Assembly: GCA_964544585.1 (NCBI GenBank)
Contig: CAZJBV010000002.1
Coordinates: forward strand, 131,468-195,467
Direction: 5' to 3'
Length of the DNA: 64,000 nt
Source of the DNA: an uncultured Gammaproteobacteria bacterium
GTDB taxonomy: Bacteria > Patescibacteriota > Microgenomatia > 2-02-FULL-39-11
Below are positions 41,159 to 51,026 of this stretch, one piece after another (the first letter of the stretch is position 1; each line of letters starts with the position of its first letter). The position numbers were made by a program, and so were the translations under genes. The notes below the pieces were generated by a model, which had not been told where the DNA came from, did not search any database, and saw nothing but the letters and a program-made list of their open reading frames with translations.

Positions 41159-41512
41159 ATGGATACAACACAGAATACAACAACAAGCCCACCACCAACA
41201 GCTCCAAATACAAATGTAACTCCACCTCCCGTAATCCCTACAGAGAACAAAGAGGGGAATAATAAATTCATCATATTTTTGATAGGAATAACTCTTTTCG
41301 TACTTCTAGGCTTGGGTGGGTTTATTATTATGACTGTCGTAAATAAATCACAAGAATCATCTGATCAAAATAGAGTTAACACCATATCTGCTCCAACTAT
41401 TCCTCCATCAACACCGACACCTGCATCCGAAGAAGAGGAGATATCAAACCTCAACATCGAAGACCCCAATGCCGAAATCGACGCCCTCAACCAAGACCTC
41501 AATTCACTATAA
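41159..41512 (+). CDS. Single-TM Pro/Thr-rich hypothetical protein
   Basis: P/T-rich N-terminus, one TM, acidic C-terminus. Confidence 0.7.
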   Translation: MDTTQNTTTSPPPTAPNTNVTPPPVIPTENKEGNNKFIIFLIGITLFVLLGLGGFIIMTVVNKSQESSDQNRVNTISAPTIPPSTPTPASEEEEISNLNIEDPNAEIDALNQDLNSL

Positions 41513-41523
41513 ATTACTTTTTG

Positions 41524-41596
41524 AGCCGACAGTCGGTCTCGAACCGACGACCTACGCTTTACGAAAGCGCCGCTCTGCCAACTGAGCTATGTCGGC
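41524..41596 (-). tRNA. tRNA-Thr(CGT)
   Basis: Minus strand: GCCGACA/TGTCGGC acceptor stem, loop ttCGTaa, GGTTCGAGACC; no encoded CCA. Confidence 0.93.
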
Positions 41597-41646
41597 AATC
41601 TTCTCTTATATATTCTACCAAAAAAAGATATAATGTTTAAAATCTA

Positions 41647-42510
41647 ATGAACAAAAGGAAATTCATCTTCTTGGTTTATCTCTTTGTCGTCACTCTAATA
41701 ATCCTCGTTGGCTCGGCTTTCATTATTAATAAACCAAAACTAAATAATGTCGCCGGCCTCCAGATTAGTTTACAAGTTTCTCCTACCCAAAACCCAACAT
41801 CACCTCCCACCCCAACACTAATTCCATTCTCCGTAACTATCAAAAATGCTCCCAAAGAAATTACAGAAGGTGGGTTGGCCACATTTACCTGGAGTATAAA
41901 TGGAGCTTCTGGTGTAATCCATACAACCACAATCTATTATGGCGAAAAAAGTAACCCCCAAGTTTTTACAACGAGCATGACTCCCGAAAATTCACAATAT
42001 ACTTTTGCCCTAAAAGATTTTTTACAAGGAAACTATGTTATACCCCTAGAGTTTATCGCAAATGCAGAAAATGTTCCCTCCGGTACATATTATTTTCGCG
42101 GCTATGCTTTCATAAATGGCCAGCATTACTGGACCAATGAGCAAATTTTTTTAGTTAAGGAAAAACCCCTCCCATCAATTACCATAATAGACCCACCCAC
42201 CAAAGTCCGAGCTAATGAAAATTTCTCCTTCACCTGGGACATATCAGGACCTACGGCAAGTACAGATTATACAACCATAGTTGCATCCAGAGAGTCAAAA
42301 CCGGGATTGATTGAAAATACTATCGACAGAAGTCAGACTCCATATAATAATGTTTTAGTAGACGAATTTACTCAAGGAAAATACGATGTGCCTCTTAGAT
42401 TTGTAGGTAACACCTCAATTTCAGAATCCGGCACCTACTACATCCGCGCCACAGCCAAAATAAATGACAAATATCTCTGGTCAGACGAATATACTCTGAA
42501 AATCGAATAA
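41647..42510 (+). CDS. Membrane-anchored protein with two similar beta-rich domains
   Basis: TM and PT linker, then two repeats FTWxIxG...G.Y..PL.F...SGTYY.R..A.IN...W. Confidence 0.75.
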   Translation: MNKRKFIFLVYLFVVTLIILVGSAFIINKPKLNNVAGLQISLQVSPTQNPTSPPTPTLIPFSVTIKNAPKEITEGGLATFTWSINGASGVIHTTTIYYGEKSNPQVFTTSMTPENSQYTFALKDFLQGNYVIPLEFIANAENVPSGTYYFRGYAFINGQHYWTNEQIFLVKEKPLPSITIIDPPTKVRANENFSFTWDISGPTASTDYTTIVASRESKPGLIENTIDRSQTPYNNVLVDEFTQGKYDVPLRFVGNTSISESGTYYIRATAKINDKYLWSDEYTLKIE

Positions 42511-42620
42511 TCTCTTTTCAAACACCCCCTTTGTCAAAAGGAATTTGAATTATATTTTTCCACAATATCATTACAGCCTCTATAAAAGCATATATTATCG
42601 GTATCTGCTACTATGTAAAT

Positions 42621-43133
42621 GTGAATAAGAAAAACAAAATGAGAAAAAGGAAAAATAAACCAATAGTATATGCCTTTATAGATAGCCAAAACCTAAATCT
42701 TGGAGTTAGATCGCAAGGGTGGGAATTGGACTTTCGACGTTTTCGAATTTATTTGCACGAAAAATACAATGTAAAAAATGCATATCTATGTATAGGATAT
42801 ATTCCTAACAATAAAAAGTTATATGATTTTCTAAAGGAAGCAAAATACATTTTGATTTATAAACCAGTCTTGGAGCCAAAACATGCCAAAGTGAAAGTAA
42901 AAGGGAATGTTGACGCCGAGTTAGTATTGCATGCAATGATTGAATTCCCAAAGTACAACAAAGCAATTATTGTTAGTGGAGACGGAGACTTTCATTGTCT
43001 TATTGAATATCTCCATGGAAAAAACAAATTAGCAAAGATAATTGTGCCAAATAAGAAATACTCCTCTCTTTTAAGGAAATTTAGCAATTATATAGTCAAT
43101 ATCGATTTGATGAAGAGCAAATTAAAACAATAA
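42621..43133 (+). CDS. NYN/LabA-DUF88 (PIN-fold) domain nuclease
   Basis: FIDSQNL, KGNVDAEL, IVSGDGDF; the start may be ATG 42639. Confidence 0.88.
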   Translation: MNKKNKMRKRKNKPIVYAFIDSQNLNLGVRSQGWELDFRRFRIYLHEKYNVKNAYLCIGYIPNNKKLYDFLKEAKYILIYKPVLEPKHAKVKVKGNVDAELVLHAMIEFPKYNKAIIVSGDGDFHCLIEYLHGKNKLAKIIVPNKKYSSLLRKFSNYIVNIDLMKSKLKQ

Positions 43134-43189
43134 AAAATGAGAGGCATTCCCTCGGGACGAAACCCTTTGGTAGTCCTCTCATCGTGATT
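43132..43189 (-). ncRNA. Putative ~58-nt hairpin small RNA convergent with the NYN gene
   Basis: Minus-strand TTGACT (43224-43219), 17 nt, TATTAT (43201-43196); stem ATGAGAGG/CCTCTCAT followed by a T run. Confidence 0.5.
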
Positions 43190-43254
43190 GAATTTATAAT
43201 ATCAAATCGGATATAGAAAGTCAACCCAAATACTATATTCCATACAAAAAATTT

Positions 43255-44156
43255 CTATAGAACTAATTCCTTGAGTCGTCGAACAAACGTGTCAATTTCT
43301 TCTTTGGTAGTATCAAAAGAGGTTACAAGTCTTCCTTAATCTGCTGATATAAATACGCACACATATCATTTGCCCATTTTGCATTCTTCTTCCAGATTTC
43401 CTTCTCAAAGAAAGGAATAAACTGCCCAGAAAGATAGCGCATCTTTGAATAAAGCTGCATACCCTGTTTTTGTAAAATTTCAAAATCCTGCTGATAATTT
43501 TTATTGAAAATTACCACCGCCTCAGCAAACATCAATCCATTTTTCGTTCCTCCCAATGAGACAATATCGGGCTTGGAAGCTCTTACCATGTCCTCAAGTG
43601 ATACATTTAATGATACGGCTGCATTATAAATGCGGCAAAAATCGATATGAAATAAAAGATTATGTTTTTTGCAGAATTTAGACATTTTTTGTAGCTCGGA
43701 AAGGCTATATACCGTACCATATTCAGTAGATTGAGCAATTGAAAGCATGCGAGGCCTTGGTCCATGAGGTATATTATCCAATTGCCGTAACACAAGTTCT
43801 TCTGCAACCTCAAGATCGATTTTTCCGTGAGTAACAGGAATCGGAACAAGTTTATTTTGAGCTATTGCTTCGGGCGCTCCAGCCTCATTTGTATTTAAGT
43901 GGCTTGTCTCAGCAACAAGGACTGACTCCGTCGATTTCAAACACTGTTTGATGCTTAATACATTTGCAGCCGTTCCGGTCAAGACCAAATAAACGTGAGC
44001 CCCTTCATCTCCAAGTGTCTTTTGGATTATTTTCTTTGCGGCAGCTGTATAGTCGTCATTGCCATAGGCCCGGGCGTGTCCAGTATTTATTTCCCCTAGG
44101 TATTCCAATATTTCGGGTGAAACAGAGCTATAATTATCACTAGCTAAACTTTTCAT
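43255..44156 (-). pseudogene. ltaE: Low-specificity L-threonine aldolase with an internal deletion and frameshift
   Basis: ASDNY, TGTAAN, TEYGTVY, GGTKNG; ORF stops at 43323, while the C-terminus RLVTSFDTTKEEIDTFV..* continues in another frame to 43255. Confidence 0.75.
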
Positions 44157-44184
44157 AGCAATTGCTATTTTAACATCTTATACT

Positions 44185-44925
44185 TTAATTTATTATTTGA
44201 AATAGTCTTTTAGCGCCTAAAACCAATCTCGGCCCTGGTGTATTTAAAAGAGCATCATCTATAAAATATATTTTTCCCTCAGAAACGGCTCGTAAATCAC
44301 CCCACCCTTTTCGATTTTTAATCTCTTCCGGCTTGTAAATGTCGCCAGCTCCACACCAATGACAGACTATTATATCAGGATCAAAATGCCGAATTTCATC
44401 CAATGTCACTTCGCGACTCCTTTCCCCAGGCTTTACCAAATCTTCTCTTCCCCCCGAAACCTCCAAAATATCCGGCACCCAATTTCCCGATACAAATGGC
44501 GGCGTATGCCATTCTTCCATATATACTTTCGGCCTCCTTCTACTTTTCTTGCCATCGCCAATTTTTCTAAATTCCTCTTTCATTTTCTCTACAATCGATC
44601 TCCCTTTTGCTTCTTTCCCCACCGTCCTTGCCATAGTCATTATTGCTCCGAATACTCCATCAAGCGTTCTGGGGTCTACAAAAACTATTTTTTCTTTTCC
44701 CTCCCATTTTTCCAACTCCCTCGGCAAATATGAAGATGTAAAAATAAGATCAGCATCATATAAAGAAAGTTTTTCCACTTCTGTCCTAATCCACGTCCCA
44801 ATCTTTGGCTTTTTCTTGATACTAGGAGGATAATCACAAAGATGAGTCACCGCAACCAACTCATCTTCACACCCCAAAGCGCAAAGTATTTCCGTCGTAG
44901 CAGGGGAGAGGGAAATATACTTCAT
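44185..44925 (-). CDS. Cobalamin/siderophore-binding protein (BtuF-like)
   Basis: ISLSPATTEIL, VTHLCDYP, DPDII, PGPRL; no signal peptide seen. Confidence 0.85.
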   Translation of the reverse strand: MKYISLSPATTEILCALGCEDELVAVTHLCDYPPSIKKKPKIGTWIRTEVEKLSLYDADLIFTSSYLPRELEKWEGKEKIVFVDPRTLDGVFGAIMTMARTVGKEAKGRSIVEKMKEEFRKIGDGKKSRRRPKVYMEEWHTPPFVSGNWVPDILEVSGGREDLVKPGERSREVTLDEIRHFDPDIIVCHWCGAGDIYKPEEIKNRKGWGDLRAVSEGKIYFIDDALLNTPGPRLVLGAKRLFQIIN

Positions 44926-44926
44926 A

Positions 44927-45424
44927 CTAACCAAAAGGAATTTCCATTGTATATTTCCACCTATCTGGCTCTTGGGTTACGGGCGTGACAATAAATTTGT
45001 CAACTGTAAATGAGGATTGCGTCATCTTTATTTCATTAGCAACTTTTTCTCTGGTTTGCATATCATGATCTCCATATAAAAGGCTGATATGTGGCATAAA
45101 AACAGTATTTTCCATCCTAAACTGCCTTTTTAATTCCAGATTTATTTGCAGCAATTCTGCTGTAGAATCTACCCTGACAAAAACTGATTGAAAATATGTC
45201 GTACTGAATGAAACCTGGCCCAAAGTTAGTTTCAGCTTATTTAATTTTGAAGCAACAAGCGAAGTTTTTTCCTTAATTTCATCTAAATTTTTTTCTATAT
45301 TTCCCAAAATTGTCATGTGCGGCTCAAAAGTCGGCCCACGATATTTTCCCGCCAAATTCTTAATGATGGACTTAAGCCTCCCATATACCGGCTCCGGCGG
45401 CACAACCCATATACTATATTCCAT
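44927..45424 (-). CDS. 2H phosphoesterase (cyclic phosphodiesterase-like)
   Basis: YSIW, FEPHMT and FMPHISLLYG (two HxT/S motifs). Confidence 0.85.
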   Translation of the reverse strand: MEYSIWVVPPEPVYGRLKSIIKNLAGKYRGPTFEPHMTILGNIEKNLDEIKEKTSLVASKLNKLKLTLGQVSFSTTYFQSVFVRVDSTAELLQINLELKRQFRMENTVFMPHISLLYGDHDMQTREKVANEIKMTQSSFTVDKFIVTPVTQEPDRWKYTMEIPFG

Positions 45425-45433
45425 ATTTTATTG

Positions 45434-45505
45434 AGCGGGCGATGGGCTTTGCACCCACGACCTTCTCCTTGGGAAGGAGACATTCTACTCCTGAACTACG
45501 CCCGC
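45434..45505 (-). tRNA. tRNA-Gly(CCC)
   Basis: Minus strand: GCGGGCG/CGCCCGC acceptor stem, loop ttCCCaa, atypical T loop TGCAAAG. Confidence 0.9.
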
Positions 45506-45544
45506 ATTATATCCATTATATCAAATCGGGCGCGCAGAACTGTT

Positions 45545-46105
45545 TTATCTTTGGATCTTTAACACATTACCTGTATGAATCGTATCAGGATGAACGAGTT
45601 TATTTGCTTGTGCAATTTTTACCCAACTGTAACCGTCCCCGTATGCTCTAACCGCAATATCCCAAAGGTAGTCACCTTCTTTAACTGTATAAGAATCTGA
45701 CGTAATTCGGGAAGTAGAAGTTGCGGAAATCTCCCCTCCCACAGTAATAGTCTGAGAAGATGGAATATTAAGTTCCTGCCCTACTTCAATAGTATCAGGA
45801 TCGGCAAGCTTATTTTCATTTGCAATTGTCACCCAATTGTATCCGCTGCGATAATATTTTTCAGCTATCGACCAGAGATTTTCCCCGACTGCAACTTTAT
45901 GAACCGTTGGTATAGGAAAAGCCGGCGCAACTTCCGGACCTGGCTGCGACGTTTCAATCTCTCCTCTTTGAGGAGCTTGCGTCATCTTTCCTCGATTTAC
46001 AAAATTAAAGATCAATAATCCGGCAACAACTACCACCAGAAACCCAAGACCCATCGAAATGTACGATTCGGGAAATTTCAACGACTTAGTATATTCTTTC
46101 CACAT
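45545..46105 (-). CDS. Membrane-anchored protein with two LysM domains
   Basis: HKVAVGENLWSIA and YTVKEGDYLWDIA; AGGAGG SD before ATG 46105. Confidence 0.9.
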   Translation of the reverse strand: MWKEYTKSLKFPESYISMGLGFLVVVVAGLLIFNFVNRGKMTQAPQRGEIETSQPGPEVAPAFPIPTVHKVAVGENLWSIAEKYYRSGYNWVTIANENKLADPDTIEVGQELNIPSSQTITVGGEISATSTSRITSDSYTVKEGDYLWDIAVRAYGDGYSWVKIAQANKLVHPDTIHTGNVLKIQR

Positions 46106-46146
46106 TAAAACTAATCCTCCTTTCCGGGGCAGAAATTTTGGGGCAG

Positions 46147-46235
46147 TCCGCCAGCTGGCGGATGGAAGCAAAACGTAATAAATTTGCAAAGCAAGTTTAA
46201 ACGTTTCAGCAACGTTGATCCGCCAGAGGCGGATC
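46147..46235. repeat. Two TCCGCCA-family palindromes between tRNA-Asp and the LysM gene
   Basis: TCCGCCAGCTGGCGGA (46147-46162, perfect) and GATCCGCC-AGA-GGCGGATC (46217-46235). Confidence 0.8.
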
Positions 46236-46243
46236 TCTCGTTG

Positions 46244-46318
46244 CGGGGCCGGCGGGACTCGAACCCGTAACCTTCGCCGTGACAGGGCGATGCTCTAACC
46301 AAATTGAGCTACGACCCC
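46244..46318 (-). tRNA. tRNA-Asp(GTC)
   Basis: Minus strand: GGGGTCG/CGGCCCC acceptor stem, loop ctGTCac, GGTTCGAGTCC. Confidence 0.95.
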
Positions 46319-46388
46319 AAGGACAGGCTTAAAAGGCATAATAACAAATGATTGAGACAGGGTCAATACGTATGATACACTTTTGACA

Positions 46389-48170
46389 ATGACAAATCAC
46401 GAAATAGCCAAACTTCTCCAAAACATTGCCGCCGCCTACACAATTTTAGGCGCCATGCCTGCCGGCAGGCAGGAAAATCGTTTTAAAATCCTAGCCTACG
46501 AAAATGCAGCCAAAGGTGTAGAGTCATCAAATAGAGAAATAGAAGATCTCTGGAAAGAGAAAAAATTATCCGAAGTCGAAGGCATTGGCAGTTCAATTGC
46601 CTCCCATCTAGATGAGCTATTTCGCAAGGGAAAAGTAGCCCATTTTGAGTCCATTATCAAAAGAGTTCCTGAAGCTGTATTTCCACTTCTTGAAATTCCC
46701 GGTTTTGGAGCCAAAAAATCGTATAAATTGGCCAAAGTGCTAAATTTAAAATCGGCAAAAACAGTAATTTCTGATCTCGAAAAAGCTGCCCGTCAGGGAA
46801 AAATAGCCAAAATTGAAGGTTTTGGAGAGAAATCTCAACATGACATTCTAGAATCAATTGCGTTATATAAATCCCTCGGCGGTAGAGAGCGCCGTATGCC
46901 CCTTCCCACAGCCGGAGAACTGGCTAAAAAAATAGTTTCTTATTTAAAAAGATATTCAGAAACACTCGATATTGCTCCGATGGGAAGCCTGCGCCGCATG
47001 AAAGAAACTGTTGGTGATATTGACCTCGCTGTTGCTACCACCAAACCTGACAAAGTAATTCAGGCTTTTTTATCTTTTCCTGGCATTTCCAAAATAGTCG
47101 AAGAGGGAAAAGAGGGAGCTACCATCCTTTTACAAAACGATGAGCATATTGATCTGCGGATTATAGACCCTCAAAGGTGGGGGTCTATGCTCCAATATTT
47201 TACCGGCAGTAAAAACCACAATATTAACCTGCGTGAGTTTGCCCTCAAAAAAAATCTTTCCCTGAACGAATACGGCATAAAAAATCTAAAAACGGGAAAA
47301 ATGAATACATTTAAAACTGAGAAGGATTTTTATAAATTCTTAGGCCTTCCCTGGATTCCGCCTGAAATCCGGGAAGACAGAGGAGAAATAGAGGTAGCCA
47401 TCAACAGTAAATTACCTCACCTGGTAGAACTTGCCGACGTCAGGGGTGATCTTCAGGTACACTCAAATTACCCCATCAAACCTAGCCACGATTTAGGCCG
47501 AGATTCAATGGAGGATATCCTCCATAAAGCAAAAAGCTTAGGTTACGAATATATTGCTTTCACCGAGCACAACCCCAATGTATCAAATTTAAAAGAAAAA
47601 GAAATAATAGAAATTATGAAGCGACGAAAATCAAAAATTGAGCAACTAAAATCGAAAACAAAAAGTGTTCGAATACTCAATCTACTCGAAATAGACATTT
47701 TAGCAAATGGTAAATTGGCTTTACCTGAAAATGCCTTTGCTTATATCGACGCCGGCCTAGCCTCGATCCATTCTAGCTTCAATCAGGACAAAGATGCAAT
47801 GACAAATAGAATCCTCAAAGGATTAAGCCACCCTAAAATAAAAATATATGCCCATCCAACGGCCAGACTCATCAATAAACGCGAGGGTATAAAAGCCGAC
47901 TTCAATGTGATTTTTAACTTTTGCGCCAAACAAAAAAAAGCACTCGAAATAAATTCATATCCTCTCCGTCTTGATCTTCCGGACGATTTGATAATCGATG
48001 CCAAGAAAAAAGGTTGTAAGTTTTCCCTGGGAACGGACGCCCATGATAGTGCCGGGATGTTTCTTATGCCTTATGGCGTGGCCATGGCCAAACGAGGCTG
48101 GCTAACCAAAAATGACATAATAAACACAATGGAGTATAATGAACTTTATTCTTGGCTGACGAGGAGGTGA
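46389..48170 (+). CDS. polX: DNA polymerase X/PHP family protein
   Basis: HhH motifs, [29 protein letters not shown] motifs DLQVHS, HPT, TDAH. Confidence 0.93.
   Translation: MTNHEIAKLLQNIAAAYTILGAMPAGRQENRFKILAYENAAKGVESSNREIEDLWKEKKLSEVEGIGSSIASHLDELFRKGKVAHFESIIKRVPEAVFPLLEIPGFGAKKSYKLAKVLNLKSAKTVISDLEKAARQGKIAKIEGFGEKSQHDILESIALYKSLGGRERRMPLPTAGELAKKIVSYLKRYSETLDIAPMGSLRRMKETVGDIDLAVATTKPDKVIQAFLSFPGISKIVEEGKEGATILLQNDEHIDLRIIDPQRWGSMLQYFTGSKNHNINLREFALKKNLSLNEYGIKNLKTGKMNTFKTEKDFYKFLGLPWIPPEIREDRGEIEVAINSKLPHLVELADVRGDLQVHSNYPIKPSHDLGRDSMEDILHKAKSLGYEYIAFTEHNPNVSNLKEKEIIEIMKRRKSKIEQLKSKTKSVRILNLLEIDILANGKLALPENAFAYIDAGLASIHSSFNQDKDAMTNRILKGLSHPKIKIYAHPTARLINKREGIKADFNVIFNFCAKQKKALEINSYPLRLDLPDDLIIDAKKKGCKFSLGTDAHDSAGMFLMPYGVAMAKRGWLTKNDIINTMEYNELYSWLTRR
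46452..46472. repeat. 21-nt in-frame palindrome in polX
   Basis: GCCA-TGCCTGCCGGCAGGCA-G; reads ILG[AMPAGRQ]ENRFK. Confidence 0.82.
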
Positions 48171-48180
48171 CCACAAATTT

Positions 48181-48738
48181 ATGAATATAACGCTATGGAT
48201 AATCATCGCAATTGTAGGCTTGATAGTACTCTTTTTCTGGAGTCTCTACAACGGCTTGGTCACCCTCAAACTGCGTGTCAAAGAGGCATGGAGTCAGATA
48301 GACGTCCAGCTCAAAAGAAGAGCCGATCTTATCCCAAATCTTGTTAACACCGTCAAAGGCTACGCCAAACACGAAAAAAGTGTCTTTGAAAATGTGACTA
48401 AGGCTAGAAGCGCGCTTATGAAGGCGGATACGCCGGCGGGAAAAGCACAGGCCAATAATATGTTGACCGATGCTCTAAAGTCGCTTTTTGCCGTAGCCGA
48501 AAACTACCCTCAGCTCCGGGCAAGTGAAAACTTCAATGCTTTGCAAAAAGAACTATCAGACACAGAAGATAAGGTAGCTTATTCAAGACAATTCTATAAT
48601 TCTACTGTTCTTGAATATAACAGAACAATTAAAGTCTTCCCTAATGTCCTTTTTGCCGGAATGTTCGGTTTTACCGAGGAGCAGTTTTTTGAAACAAAGG
48701 GACAAGAGAGGGAAAAAGTTGAGGTGAAATTTGATTAA
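48181..48738 (+). CDS. lemA: LemA family protein
   Basis: [31 protein letters not shown]. Confidence 0.95.
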   Translation: MNITLWIIIAIVGLIVLFFWSLYNGLVTLKLRVKEAWSQIDVQLKRRADLIPNLVNTVKGYAKHEKSVFENVTKARSALMKADTPAGKAQANNMLTDALKSLFAVAENYPQLRASENFNALQKELSDTEDKVAYSRQFYNSTVLEYNRTIKVFPNVLFAGMFGFTEEQFFETKGQEREKVEVKFD

Positions 48739-49632
48739 ATGGCTAATATCTATAGTCAGGTCGAATCCAACAAGACAAAAACCATAATTATCATGGTTTT
48801 ATTTGTTGCATTTATTTCTCTTGTAGCATTTATTTTTGGTAAGGCAACAGGTTACGGTCTTTCGTTTGTTGGTATTGCCCTCATAATTTCCGGACTTTTG
48901 AGTTTGGGCAGCTACTACTGGGGAGACAAAATGATTTTGGCCATGTCCGGCGCCAAGCCTGCAGATAGAAACAGAGACTTTGATTTTTTTACCGTGGCCG
49001 AAAATTTGTCAATCGCCGCCGGCATCCCTAAACCAAAACTCTATATAATAGACGACACGGCCCCAAATGCTTTTGCCACCGGACGGGATCCGCAACACGC
49101 AGTCGTTGTAGCAACCTCTGGGATACTCCAAAAACTCGAAAGGACAGAACTCGAAGGAGTCATTGCCCACGAACTTTCGCATGTCAAAAACTACGACATT
49201 AGACTCCTGGCAGTCGTCTCCATTTTGGTTGGGACGGTAGCTTTTCTTTCCGATTTATTTCTGCGTAACCTCTGGTGGGGAGGAGGAAGAAGAAGTAGTC
49301 GGGACTCGGGTGGGATCTTTATCATAATCGGCATTGTTTTAGCAATTCTCTCGCCTTTTATAGCCAGTCTCATTCATCTTGCAGTTTCCCGAAGAAGAGA
49401 ATTTCTAGCCGATGCATCTGGTGCCCTTCTTACTCGATATCCTGAAGGTCTTGCCCGGGCACTCGAAAAGATATCCAAAGACAAAGAAGTCTTGGAAGTT
49501 GCCAACAACGCCACAGCTTCACTCTACATAATCAATCCTTTTAAAGGAAAAGACTTCGGAAGCATGTTTGCCAATCTTTTCAATACCCATCCTCCAATTG
49601 AGGAAAGGATAAAAATATTAAGATCAATGTAA
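48739..49632 (+). CDS. htpX: Zinc metalloprotease HtpX (M48)
   Basis: PNAFATG, AHELSH, SRRREFLAD, THPP. Confidence 0.93.
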   Translation: MANIYSQVESNKTKTIIIMVLFVAFISLVAFIFGKATGYGLSFVGIALIISGLLSLGSYYWGDKMILAMSGAKPADRNRDFDFFTVAENLSIAAGIPKPKLYIIDDTAPNAFATGRDPQHAVVVATSGILQKLERTELEGVIAHELSHVKNYDIRLLAVVSILVGTVAFLSDLFLRNLWWGGGRRSSRDSGGIFIIIGIVLAILSPFIASLIHLAVSRRREFLADASGALLTRYPEGLARALEKISKDKEVLEVANNATASLYIINPFKGKDFGSMFANLFNTHPPIEERIKILRSM

Positions 49633-49644
49633 ATATGCAATACT

Positions 49645-51009
49645 ATGAATCAAATCCTCATTCTTCTCGGCAAAATCATTTCTGCCCTCAGTAAAATTAC
49701 CAACCTTGGTAGTGGTAGCACCTGGCCGGGTGAAATAGCGTTAATAACAAATCCAAATATTTTGGCTCATTTTTTTAACAAAGTAAAAAAAGGAATCATT
49801 ATAATCGCCGGCACAAATGGTAAAACCACTACCGCAAAAATGGTTCAAGAAATGATAAGCTCACAGTATCCCATAGACACTATAGTTCACAACGATTCAG
49901 GTGCCAACCTCTTAAACGGCATAACTTCAGCCTTTATAAAAAAGGCCAAAATTATTACGAACAGTTATTTTGACTGGGCAGTCTTGGAAGTCGACGAAAA
50001 TACTCTTCCCATTTTACTTAAATATCACCTCAGCCATAAAGACACCTCGGATGGTGTGCGCATAAAGACACCTCCGAGGTGGCCCGCCCGCCTGCCGGCA
50101 GGCAGGGAAGGGACTCCTCGGATGGTGGAGAAACCAGCAAAGCCCAAAATTGTCATTGCCCTTTTAAATCTTTTTCGCGACCAGCTCGATAGATATGGAG
50201 AGGTAGATACCATTGTCTCAAAATGGTTGTCTGCCCTCAAAAATTATTTGGGAAAAGTCAATCTCATTACCAATGCCGATGATCCCACCATTGCCTACAT
50301 GGGTCTTTCTTGTCAAAAGAATGTCACTTTTTTTGGTATAGACAAGGCAAAAGGCATAAAAGAAATAGAGCATGCTACAGACTCCATCTTTTGCCCGCTA
50401 TGTGGACATAAATTAAGTTATGAGGCCGTCTATTATTCTCATATAGGTAGATGGGCTTGTCCATCATGCAACCTTAATCGTCCTAAAATCCAAACCGCAA
50501 GTATAAAAACCAAATTACCAGGTCTATACAATTTTTATAATACACAATGCGCCGTATTAATTGCTCAAACAATCGGAATAAAAGAATCTAATATAAAGTC
50601 AGCTCTCCAAAATTTTACCCCCGCCTTTGGCCGCCAAGAGGAATTCAGCATCAATGGTAAAAAAATTAAAATCTTCCTCTCCAAAAACCCAGTCGGCTTC
50701 AATGAATCTCTAAAAACTGTCATCGATCTCGGCGCCAGGCAAGTGCTTCTCGTTTTAAACGATAGGATACCCGACGGCCGCGACGTCTCCTGGATTTGGG
50801 ACGTAGACTTTGAAATAATTCCTGAAAACACCCAAATCATAGCTTCAGGAGAAAGATGCTATGACCTTGCCCTCCGCCTCAAATACGCAGGCAAAAAATT
50901 TGAAATAGAAAAAGACTTGAGAAAATCCATCCAGTCAGATTATATTTTGCCTACCTATTCGGCCATGCTCGAAGTTCGAAAAATTTTGACGGGCAAAAAA
51001 ATTCTTTAA
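49645..51009 (+). CDS. murT: Lipid II isoglutaminyl synthase subunit MurT with an in-frame REP
   Basis: GTNGKTTT, EVDE, NLFRDQLDRYGE, CxxC..CxxC, KNPVG, DGRDVSWIWD. Confidence 0.92.
   Translation: MNQILILLGKIISALSKITNLGSGSTWPGEIALITNPNILAHFFNKVKKGIIIIAGTNGKTTTAKMVQEMISSQYPIDTIVHNDSGANLLNGITSAFIKKAKIITNSYFDWAVLEVDENTLPILLKYHLSHKDTSDGVRIKTPPRWPARLPAGREGTPRMVEKPAKPKIVIALLNLFRDQLDRYGEVDTIVSKWLSALKNYLGKVNLITNADDPTIAYMGLSCQKNVTFFGIDKAKGIKEIEHATDSIFCPLCGHKLSYEAVYYSHIGRWACPSCNLNRPKIQTASIKTKLPGLYNFYNTQCAVLIAQTIGIKESNIKSALQNFTPAFGRQEEFSINGKKIKIFLSKNPVGFNESLKTVIDLGARQVLLVLNDRIPDGRDVSWIWDVDFEIIPENTQIIASGERCYDLALRLKYAGKKFEIEKDLRKSIQSDYILPTYSAMLEVRKILTGKKIL
50041..50130 (+). repeat. In-frame composite REP: 24-nt leader plus 66-nt core
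   Basis: Encodes [30 protein letters not shown]. Confidence 0.93.
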
Positions 51010-51026
51010 CTACCAAACTACAAACT

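Noticed and set aside
41524-45505. tRNA-anchored integrative island
   Set aside because: Content looks accessory, but I found no integrase and no duplicated tRNA 3' end.
46106-46302. LysM N-terminal extension and the 63-aa ORF 46111-46302
   Set aside because: They overlap palindromes and tRNA-Asp; a strong SD supports ATG 46105.
50041-50130. In-frame insertions as inteins or introns
   Set aside because: Far too short, no C/S...HN intein ends and no group I/II structure visible.
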